Positions 55,598 to 64,000 of a DNA stretch of 64,000 nt are shown piece by piece (positions within the stretch are counted from its first letter, which is position 1; every line of letters begins with the position of its first letter). The translations under genes and the position numbers were made by a program. The stretch is from Candidatus Eiseniibacteriota bacterium (GTDB lineage: Bacteria; Eisenbacteria; RBG-16-71-46; CAVPCR01). The stretch lies in NCBI GenBank assembly GCA_963702435.1, contig CAVPCR010000003.1, positions 416,001-480,000 of the forward strand, read 5' to 3'. Under the pieces are notes generated by a model, which was given only the letters and a program-made list of their open reading frames with translations, searched no databases and was not told where the DNA came from.

Positions 55598-55622
55598 CGA
55601 GTCCGCCCTTCTTCCATGGCCC

Positions 55623-57536
55623 CTACTTCCACATGAGCCCGAGGACCACCACCACGCCGAGAACCACGACGAGCGCGTAGCGGCGCACGCTGCCCGACTG
55701 GAGGACGCGCGTCCGATTCGCGACGGCGCGCACCGTGATCCCGGTCCCGTTCACCAGGCCGTCGATGACGGCGAGATCGAAGCGCCGGTAGAGAAGCCCG
55801 GCCAGCCCGATGAGCGGCCCCACCACGACGGCCTGGTAGATCTCGTCCCAGTACCACTTGTTGGCGAAGAGCTTGTGGAGCCCCGCGAACCGGGCGCGCA
55901 GCGCGGTCGCGAGCGCCGGCCGCCACAGATAGGCGGCCAGGCCGAGCAGGATGCCGGCGACCGCCACGGCGAGCGAGATCCCGGCCAGGCCGAGCTCGAG
56001 CCCGTGGCTCGCGTGGCCGTGGTCCGCGGTGAGCGCGATGTGCTCGGCGTCGGCGAAGACCGGGGCCAGGAAGGTGCCGAAGCGATTGCCGCCCTCGATG
56101 AACGGGATGCCCACCCAGCCGCCGATCACCGAGAGCACGGCGAGGACGACGAGCGCGACGGCCATCGACGGCGGTGCCTCATGCGGGTGGGCGTGCGGAT
56201 CGAGACGGCTCTCGCCATAGAAGGTGAGGGCCATCAGGCGAAACATGTAGAACGCAGTCAGGAGCGCGCCGCCGAGTCCGAGCGCCCAGACCAGCGGGCC
56301 GCGGGCGAGGAACGCTTCGAACAGGATCTCGTCTTTCGAGAAGAAGCCGGCGAGCGGGAAAATGCCGGCGATCGCGAGCGAGCCGGCGAGGAAGGTGGCG
56401 TACGTGAGCGGGAGCTTCCGGCGGAGGCCGCCCATCCGCCGCATGTCCTGTTCGCCGTGGAGCGCGTGGATCACGCTCCCCGATCCGAGGAAGAGGAGCG
56501 CCTTGAAGAAGGCGTGCGTCATCAAGTGGAAGATGGCGGCGGTGAACGCGCCGACGCCGCAGCCGAGGAACATGTATCCGAGCTGCGAGATCGTCGAGTA
56601 GGCAAGCACGCGCTTGATGTCGTTCTGGGTCAGAGCGATGGTCGCCGCCATGAGCGCGGTGGCGAGCCCGATCCCGGCGACGAGGGCGAGCGCGGTCGGC
56701 GCCATCAGGTAGAGCACGTGAGTGCGCGCCACCAGGTACACGCCGGCGGTGACCATGGTCGCGGCGTGGATCAGGGCCGAGACCGGCGTCGGACCTTCCA
56801 TGGCGTCCGGCAACCAGACGTGGAGCGGGATCTGCGCCGACTTCCCGGTGGCGCCGATGAAGAGCAGGATCGCGATCGTCGTCACCAGCACGCCGCCCGG
56901 CACGAGCTCCCGCGGGGCGCGCTCGAGGATCGCGGCGAGGTCGAGCGTCCCGAAGTGAGTGGCGAGGAGGAAGAGCCCGATCAGGAAGGCGAAGTCGCCG
57001 ACCCGGTTGACGAGAAACGCCTTCATGCCGGCGGCGGGCGGGGCCGGCTTCGTGAACCAGAAGCCGATGAGGAGATAGGAGCAGAGCCCCACCCCCTCCC
57101 AGCCGAGGAAGATGACGAGCAGGTTCCCGCCGAGCACGAGGCAGAGCATGGCGAAGAGGAAGAGGTTGAGATAGGCGAAGTAGCGCCACTCTCCGCCCTC
57201 GTCCCCGCGCATGTAGCCGAGCGAATAGACGTGGATCAGGAACCCGACCCCGGTGACCACGAGCACCATGACCGCCGAGAGCGCATCGAGGCGGAAGGAG
57301 AGCGCAGTGGCGAGGCTCCCGGCGGTGATCCAGTCGCCGAGCGTGGCCTCGATCACGCGCGCCTCGGGCGCCAGCGAGAGGAGGAGGCGGACCGCGGTCA
57401 CGGCAGCCAGGAAGGCCCCGAGGGAGGCGAGGACGCCGATCGCTCCGGCCAGCCGCTGCGGGAGGCGATGGCCGAGGAGGCCGTTGACCAGAAAGCCCGC
57501 GAGCGGCAGGAGCGGCATGAGAAGGAGCGGGCTCAT
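55623..57536 (-). CDS. nuoL: NADH-quinone oxidoreductase subunit L
   Basis: GWEGVGLCSYLLIGFW, KSAQIPLHVWLPDAMEGPTPVSALIHAATMV. Confidence 0.97.
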   Translation of the reverse strand: MSPLLLMPLLPLAGFLVNGLLGHRLPQRLAGAIGVLASLGAFLAAVTAVRLLLSLAPEARVIEATLGDWITAGSLATALSFRLDALSAVMVLVVTGVGFLIHVYSLGYMRGDEGGEWRYFAYLNLFLFAMLCLVLGGNLLVIFLGWEGVGLCSYLLIGFWFTKPAPPAAGMKAFLVNRVGDFAFLIGLFLLATHFGTLDLAAILERAPRELVPGGVLVTTIAILLFIGATGKSAQIPLHVWLPDAMEGPTPVSALIHAATMVTAGVYLVARTHVLYLMAPTALALVAGIGLATALMAATIALTQNDIKRVLAYSTISQLGYMFLGCGVGAFTAAIFHLMTHAFFKALLFLGSGSVIHALHGEQDMRRMGGLRRKLPLTYATFLAGSLAIAGIFPLAGFFSKDEILFEAFLARGPLVWALGLGGALLTAFYMFRLMALTFYGESRLDPHAHPHEAPPSMAVALVVLAVLSVIGGWVGIPFIEGGNRFGTFLAPVFADAEHIALTADHGHASHGLELGLAGISLAVAVAGILLGLAAYLWRPALATALRARFAGLHKLFANKWYWDEIYQAVVVGPLIGLAGLLYRRFDLAVIDGLVNGTGITVRAVANRTRVLQSGSVRRYALVVVLGVVVVLGLMWK

Positions 57537-57581
57537 GGCTGCCTCCGTGGACGGAGCCGCGGGCGCGGGACGGCCCCGGCC

Positions 57582-57884
57582 TCAGAACTTGAGCAGGTTG
57601 ATCTGATCGACATCGGTTGTGGCCCGCTCCCGGAAGATGGCGACGATGATCCCGAGTCCCACCACCACCTCGGCGGCGGCGACCGCGAGCGAGAAGAAGA
57701 CGATGGCCTGCCCGTCGATCGAGCCGAGGAGACGCGCGAACGCGATGAAGGTCAGGTTCACGGCGTTGAGCATGAGCTCGATGCACATGAAGATGATGAT
57801 CGCTTCACGGCGGAGGACGACCCCGATCATGCCGATTGCGAACATGACCGCGGCGAGATAGAGGAAGGCGACCGGAGAGATCAC
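57582..57884 (-). CDS. nuoK: NADH-quinone oxidoreductase subunit K
   Basis: [19 protein letters not shown]. Confidence 0.95.
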   Translation of the reverse strand: MISPVAFLYLAAVMFAIGMIGVVLRREAIIIFMCIELMLNAVNLTFIAFARLLGSIDGQAIVFFSLAVAAAEVVVGLGIIVAIFRERATTDVDQINLLKF

Positions 57885-58452
57885 GCTTGGTCCTCCTCCG
57901 CACTATCCCCGCCGGATGCGGTCACCCCCGGCGGCGCGTAGTCCGTTCCCGGCGCCGCGAGGTCGCGCCGCGCGAGCACCACGGCGCCGACCATGCCGAC
58001 GACGAGGAGGATCGACACGATCTCGAACGGGATCAGGTAGCGCGTGAAGAGCACCCCGCTCACCGCCTCGACCGAGCCGAAGCCCTCCGGGAGCGGCAGG
58101 CGGACATCGCCGGCATAGGAGCCGGTGGCGACCACCGCTGCGAGCTGCCCGGCCACGAGCCCGGCGAGCACCAGGGCGAGGACGAGCGGCCCGCGCCGGC
58201 GCTCGATCAGGATCTCGTGACGCAGGCTCAGGAACATGATCACGAACAGGAAGAGGACGACGATCGCCCCCGCGTACACGATGATCTGGACCGCGGCGAC
58301 GAAAGGCGCCTCGAGCAGGACGAAGGCGACCGCGGTGGCGGCGAACACGACCACCATGTAGAGCGCCGAGTAGATCGGGCTCTTGTGCCCGATCATGGCC
58401 ACCGAGGCGCCGACCGTGACGAGCGCCAGGATGGCGAAAAGGAGGACGCCCA

Positions 58453-58453
<1 letters not shown>
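57881..58453 (-). CDS. nuoJ: NADH-quinone oxidoreductase subunit J
   Basis: [25 protein letters not shown]. Confidence 0.95.
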
Positions 58454-59463
<1,010 letters not shown>

Positions 59464-59485
59464 GACTTGCGCTTCCAGGTAAGCC

Positions 59486-59950
59486 CTAGAGCCCGCCGAG
59501 GATCTCGTCCACCTTCTCGGGGGTCAGGTTCTCGTGATAGTCCTCGTTCACCTGCATGACCGGCGCGGTGCCGCAGGAACCGAGGCATTCGACTTGGACC
59601 AGCGTGAACTTGCCGTCCCTGGTGGTCTCCCCCACCTCGATCCCCAGCTTCTCCTTGAGGTGCCGGAGCAGCGGATTGGCGCCCATGATGAAGCACGAGA
59701 TCGAGCGGCAGACCTGGATCATGTACTTGCCGACCGGCTGCCGGTTGATCATGGTGTAGAAGGTGGCGACCTCCTCGACCTCCATGGGATGGAGGTCGAA
59801 CGCCGCCGCGATGTCGCGCATCGCCTCGCGGTCCACAAAGCCGCGCGATTCCTGCACGATGCAGAGTGCCGGGATCAGGGCGCTGCGCCGCCGCGGGAAT
59901 GCGGCAGCCGCCTTCTCGATCGCGAGTCTTTCGCCTTCGCTGAGTGCCAT
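59486..59950 (-). CDS. nuoE: NADH-quinone oxidoreductase subunit E (2Fe-2S)
   Basis: VATFY, CRSISC, ECLGSC..AP. Confidence 0.92.
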   Translation of the reverse strand: MALSEGERLAIEKAAAAFPRRRSALIPALCIVQESRGFVDREAMRDIAAAFDLHPMEVEEVATFYTMINRQPVGKYMIQVCRSISCFIMGANPLLRHLKEKLGIEVGETTRDGKFTLVQVECLGSCGTAPVMQVNEDYHENLTPEKVDEILGGL

Positions 59951-59984
59951 CGTCTTGGTCAGGCGGCTCCCGCCGGCCCCCCGC

Positions 59985-60344
59985 TCATGCCCGCCACTCG
60001 AGCACGCCCCGGCGCCAGATGTAGACCAGGCCGACGACCAGGACCCCGAGAAACACCAGCATCTCGATCAGACCGAACATGCCGAGCCGGCGGAAGGTCA
60101 CGGCCCATGGATAGAGGAAGATGGCCTCGATATCGAACAGGATGAAGACCATGGCCACCACGTAGAACTTGACCGGAAAGCGATCGCGGGCGTCGCGCAC
60201 CGGGCGGACACCGCATTCGTAGGTGGTGGTGCGGGCGCCCGGCGGACGGAGGGAGGACAGGAAGCGCGCGATCCAGATCCCGCCGCCGGCGAAGGCGGCG
60301 GCGAACAGGAGGGTCATCAAGACCGGCGTGTAATCGTCGAGCAC
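59985..60344 (-). CDS. nuoA: NADH-quinone oxidoreductase subunit A
   Basis: YECG, FY.VA..FILFDIE..FLYPWA; GTG start with GAGG RBS. Confidence 0.94.
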   Translation of the reverse strand: MLDDYTPVLMTLLFAAAFAGGGIWIARFLSSLRPPGARTTTYECGVRPVRDARDRFPVKFYVVAMVFILFDIEAIFLYPWAVTFRRLGMFGLIEMLVFLGVLVVGLVYIWRRGVLEWRA

Positions 60345-60410
60345 GATCGACCTCGCGGATCTCGCCTGGGATCGCACCGGCGGCCGGCGCTCGCGGCCGG
60401 GCCGCACGCC

Positions 60411-60428
60411 TTGTGAAAAAATGCACAA
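60411..60428. promoter_or_regulatory. Rex-like operator
   Basis: TTGTGAA-AAAA-TGCACAA, one mismatch to TTGTGAA-N4-TTCACAA. Confidence 0.7.
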
Positions 60429-60436
60429 GGTTCGCC

Positions 60437-60465
60437 AAGCTAGCAGGGCGGCCGGCGGGTGTCAA
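60437..60465 (-). promoter_or_regulatory. sigma70 promoter of nuo operon
   Basis: TTGACA-17nt-TAGCTT with extended TG. Confidence 0.7.
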
Positions 60466-60541
60466 CCGGGGCCGACCGCGCCGGACGCGTGATCCAGGCA
60501 GAGCGGCCGCCCGCTGCGCGCGACCGCGCCGCCGCGCCCGG

Positions 60542-62443
60542 TCAGACGGAGACCTCGACCTCGACGTCCGCGAAGTTGTCCATCACCCGCGCGGCGCGGA
60601 GCCGCTCGAGCGCGGCCAGGAGCGCCGCGAACGGGACCACCTGCTGGTCCTTCTGCCGGGCGTGCCGGCGCCAGGAGACCGTCTCCCCTTCCATCTCGCG
60701 CCCGCCGACCACGAGCACGTTCGGGATCTTCTCGATCGCCGCGGTGCGGAGCCGCTTGTTGAAGGACTCCGGCCCCGGATCCACGTCGGCGCGGAAGAGC
60801 CGGGCCCGGAGCTCGGCGGCGAGCTTGCCTGCGTACTCCGCGAAGGCCGCCGCCACCGGCAGGACGCGCACCTGGGTCGGCGCCATCCAGGTCGGGAACG
60901 CGCCGCCGAAGTGCTCGACGAGGAACGAGATCATGCGCTCGTGCGTGGACAGCGGCGCGCGGTGGATGATGAGCGGGCGGTGGAAGGCCCCGTCCTCGCC
61001 CTTGTACTTGAGATCGAAGCGGGCGGCCACGCCGAAGTCGAGCTGATTGGTGGAAGCGCTCTCCTCGCGGCCCACCACGTTCCGGATCTGGTAGTCGACC
61101 TTGGGCCCGTAGAAGGCCGCCTCTCCCGGCGCTTCCTCGTACGGCTCGCCGAACTCGGCGAGCGCCTCGCGCACCGCACGCTCCGCCATCGCCCAGCCCT
61201 CCGGATCGTCCAGGTACTTCGCCCCGAGCTGGACGGGGTCATGCAGCGAGAGCCGCATCCAGTACTCGGACATCCGGAAGTGCCGGTAGTAGAAGCGACA
61301 GAGATCGAGCACATCCACGAACTCGGCCCGCGCCTGATCGGCGCGGCAGTAGATGTGGGCGTCGTTCATGGCCAGGCCGCGGACGCGAAGGAGCCCGGCG
61401 AGCGTGCCCGAGAGCTCGTAGCGATAGACGGTGCCGTACTCGGCGAGCCGGAGCGGCAGGTCGCGGTAACTCCGCGGCGCCGCCTTGTAGATGATGTGGT
61501 GGTGCGGGCAGTTCATCGGCTTGAGGTAGTACGGCGGCTCGCCGGCCAGGGCCATCGGCGGGTACATGCTCGCCTCGTAGAGCGGCAGGTGCCCCGAGGT
61601 GAGGTAGAGCCCCTCCTTGGCCAGGTGCGGCGTGTGCACGCGCACGTAACCGCGCCGGAACTCGGTCTCCACCGCGAAGCGCTCGAGCTCGTCCCGGAGC
61701 ACCGATCCGTTCGGGAGCCACATGATGAGGCCGGGCCCGATCTCCTCGGCGACCGTGTAGAGGCTGAGCTCGCGGCCGAGCTTCCGGTGATCGCGCTCGG
61801 CGGCCAGGCGCCGCTTCTCGAGGAAGTCCGCCAGTTCCTGCGCCGTCTTGAAAGCGAGCCCGTAGATCCGGGTGAGCATCGGCCGCGACTCGTCGCCGCG
61901 CCAGTAGGCGCCGGCGATCGAGTCGAGGGCGAAGCAGTCGGCGGGAATGCGCTCGGTCGATTCGACGTGCGGTCCTTCGCACATGTCCTCGAACGGTCCG
62001 TTCGCGTAGAAGGAGAGGCTCGCCTCGCCCTGCGCCGCGAGGTCGCGCGCGTACTCGGCCTTGAGCGGCTGGCCGATCGCCTCCAGGTGGCGGATCGCGT
62101 CCGCGCCGGCGAGCGTGCGCAGCGCGAAGGGCTGCCGCGCCTTGATGATGGCCCGCATCCGCTCCTGGATCGCCGCGAGGTCCTCGGGGGCGAGCGGCTG
62201 GTCGAGGAGGAAGTCGTAGTAGAACCCGTGCTCGGTGGGCGGCCCGAACCCGAGGCGGGCGCCCGGCCGGAGCTCGAGAACGGCCTGGGCCAGGATGTGG
62301 GCGAGCGAGTGCCGGCGGCGGTAGAGCGGATCGTCCTCGTGGCCGGCCGCGGAGTGATCGCGGGCAAGGCCGGCATGGACCGCCGCGTCCTCGCCCGCGA
62401 TCTCGGGCAACGGCAGGTTGTCGGGTGCGCTGGGCGACGACAT
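60542..62443 (-). CDS. thrS: threonine--tRNA ligase
   Basis: HSLAH and DMCEGPH editing motifs, RDHRKLG, KPMNCPHH, GLLRVR, AFYGPK. Confidence 0.97.
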   Translation of the reverse strand: MSSPSAPDNLPLPEIAGEDAAVHAGLARDHSAAGHEDDPLYRRRHSLAHILAQAVLELRPGARLGFGPPTEHGFYYDFLLDQPLAPEDLAAIQERMRAIIKARQPFALRTLAGADAIRHLEAIGQPLKAEYARDLAAQGEASLSFYANGPFEDMCEGPHVESTERIPADCFALDSIAGAYWRGDESRPMLTRIYGLAFKTAQELADFLEKRRLAAERDHRKLGRELSLYTVAEEIGPGLIMWLPNGSVLRDELERFAVETEFRRGYVRVHTPHLAKEGLYLTSGHLPLYEASMYPPMALAGEPPYYLKPMNCPHHHIIYKAAPRSYRDLPLRLAEYGTVYRYELSGTLAGLLRVRGLAMNDAHIYCRADQARAEFVDVLDLCRFYYRHFRMSEYWMRLSLHDPVQLGAKYLDDPEGWAMAERAVREALAEFGEPYEEAPGEAAFYGPKVDYQIRNVVGREESASTNQLDFGVAARFDLKYKGEDGAFHRPLIIHRAPLSTHERMISFLVEHFGGAFPTWMAPTQVRVLPVAAAFAEYAGKLAAELRARLFRADVDPGPESFNKRLRTAAIEKIPNVLVVGGREMEGETVSWRRHARQKDQQVVPFAALLAALERLRAARVMDNFADVEVEVSV

Positions 62444-62524
62444 GGCTACCCCGGATTGGTGACGGCGGACATGAGACAGCGAACGCAAGTGGTCCAGGCT
62501 AGAGCAGATGACCGGACCCGGTCA

Positions 62525-62549
62525 AGCTGCGACCGCTCCGGTCGCAGTT
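62525..62549. terminator. hairpin between tRNA-Leu and thrS (terminator or processing stem)
   Basis: CTGCGACCG-ctc-CGGTCGCAG inverted repeat; weak T tract. Confidence 0.45.
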
Positions 62550-62565
62550 GGCGCTCACTCGCGAT

Positions 62566-62654
62566 TGGTGCCGGGGGTCGGATTCGAACCGACACGGATC
62601 CAGTGGATCCAGCGGATTTTAAGTCCGCCGTGGCTGCCGTTTCACCACCCCGGC
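62566..62654 (-). tRNA. tRNA-Leu(TAA)
   Basis: GCCGGGG...GCGGA-CTTAAAA-TCCGC, long variable arm GGATCCACTGGATCC, TTCGAAT, CCA end. Confidence 0.93.
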
Positions 62655-62687
62655 TCTTGAGCTGCCGCGCGGTACTCGCCCTGGCTC

Positions 62688-64000
62688 CTATCCCCGCTCG
62701 AGGTCCGCCGCCCGGATGGGCAGCCGGCGCACGCGCTTCCCGGTCGCCGCGAAGACGGCGTTCAGGAGAGCGGGTGCTGCCGGCGGCACGCCGGGCTCTC
62801 CGATGCCCCCGAGCTCGGCGCCGCTCGGCGCGAGGTGCACGGCGATCGCCGGCGCCTCGTCGAGCGCGAGCATCGGGTAGTCGTCGAAGCTCGCCTGGAC
62901 CACGCGCCCCTTCTCGATCGTGATCTCCTGCTTGAGCGCCGCGCTCAGGCCGAAGAGGATGCCGCTCTCGATCTGCGCCACGACGATGTCGGGATGGACC
63001 ACCGTCCCGCAATCGACCGCGCAGACCACGCGCTCGACCCGCACCGCGCTACCCGTCACCGCCACCTCCACGCACGCGGCGACGATCGAGCCGAACGACT
63101 CGTGCACGGCGAGCCCGCGCCCCCGCCCCGCCCCGAGCGGAGCGCCCCAGTCCGCCCTGGCCGCCGCCAGGTCGAGAACAGCCAGGTGCCGCGGCGCCCC
63201 GGCGAGGAGCACGCGCCGGAATTCGAGCGGGTCGCGCCCGGCGGCCGCCGCCACCTCGTCGAGGAAGCACTCGGTCACGAACGCGTTCTGCGAGCTCCCG
63301 ACTGAGCGCCACCAGCCGACCGGAATGCCCGGGTCGTCGCGCGTGTACGCGACCTCGAGGTTCTCGATCGCGTAGGGCAGATGCCACGCTCCCTCGAGCG
63401 ACGTCGGGTCGATGCCGTCCTGGATCGCCCTGGGCGCCACCCGCCCGAGGATGGCCGGACCGACGATGTGATGGGTCCAGGCGGTCAACCCGCCGCCCGA
63501 GTCGAGACCGGCGCGCAGCACGTTGTAGGTGGCCGGCCGGTAGTAGTCGTGCCGCATGTCGTCTTCGCGAGACCACACGACCTGGACCGGCGCTCCCACC
63601 ACCCTCGCGATCTCCACCGCCTCGGCCAGGAAGTCCTGCTCCGCGCGCCGCCCGAAACCGCCTCCGAGGTATGTCGTGTGCACGATGACCCGCTCGGGAG
63701 CGAGACCGGTGAGCGCCGCCGCCCTCTCCTGGGCTCCGGTCGCGCTCTGGGTCGGCACCCAGATCTCGCAGCGATCGGCGGTCACGTGCGCGGTCGCGTT
63801 CATCGGCTCCATGGTGGCGTGCGCGAGGTATGGGACCTCGTAGACCGCCTCGATCCGGCGTGCCGCGCCGGCGAGCGCCTTCGCTCCCTGCCCGCGCTCC
63901 TCGCCGATCGCGCCCGCCTCGGCGGCGAGCTCCTGCATCCGGGAGCGGATCGCGGCCGAGTCGAGATTCGCGTTCGCCCCCTCCTCCCAGCGAATCTGAA
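62688..64000 (-). CDS. xanthine dehydrogenase family molybdopterin-binding subunit (IorB-like), 5'-partial
   Basis: HATMEP, GGGFGRR, WSREDD, WRSVG, GGIGEP. Confidence 0.92.
   Translation of the reverse strand, partial: QIRWEEGANANLDSAAIRSRMQELAAEAGAIGEERGQGAKALAGAARRIEAVYEVPYLAHATMEPMNATAHVTADRCEIWVPTQSATGAQERAAALTGLAPERVIVHTTYLGGGFGRRAEQDFLAEAVEIARVVGAPVQVVWSREDDMRHDYYRPATYNVLRAGLDSGGGLTAWTHHIVGPAILGRVAPRAIQDGIDPTSLEGAWHLPYAIENLEVAYTRDDPGIPVGWWRSVGSSQNAFVTECFLDEVAAAAGRDPLEFRRVLLAGAPRHLAVLDLAAARADWGAPLGAGRGRGLAVHESFGSIVAACVEVAVTGSAVRVERVVCAVDCGTVVHPDIVVAQIESGILFGLSAALKQEITIEKGRVVQASFDDYPMLALDEAPAIAVHLAPSGAELGGIGEPGVPPAAPALLNAVFAATGKRVRRLPIRAADLERG

Overview
A very GC-rich bacterial chromosomal segment. 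The lineage cannot be fixed without a 16S search; gene content hints at an FCB-associated candidate phylum. It opens with a minus-strand rRNA operon (tandem promoters, 16S, tRNA-Ile, tRNA-Ala, partial 23S). Housekeeping and accessory genes follow: PBP1A, alr, mazG, beta-CASP hydrolase, tryptophanase, mutT, arfB, pepP, an ExeA-ATPase/RHH-like/split-CHAD operon, a secreted glycoside-hydrolase-like protein, a redox/sulfur cluster, tRNA-Asp, a complete group II intron, peptidoglycan recycling genes (murQ, anmK, SpoIID-like), degP, dnaK (three +1 indels), a sigma54 activator, moaA-moaC-mog-moeA, class II RNR, a reduced nuo operon, thrS, tRNA-Leu(TAA) and a partial xanthine-oxidase-family Mo subunit. 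Most notable: (1) a group II intron whose candidate EBS1 (CAUGU) reads the host start codon, which ends in AUG to hand the start back, and whose RT frame is open from the host ATG; (2) an apparently catalytically dead HisB/IGPD domain fused to a long charged disordered tail with (GERVDR)7; (3) an uncalled small membrane ORF with an in-frame TGA followed by a hairpin (candidate selenoprotein); (4) a nuoA-E-H-J-K-L-M-N operon with a Rex-like operator; (5) a sensor-less sigma54 activator beside a sigma54 promoter for dnaK. All calls come from motif recognition only, with no database searches.
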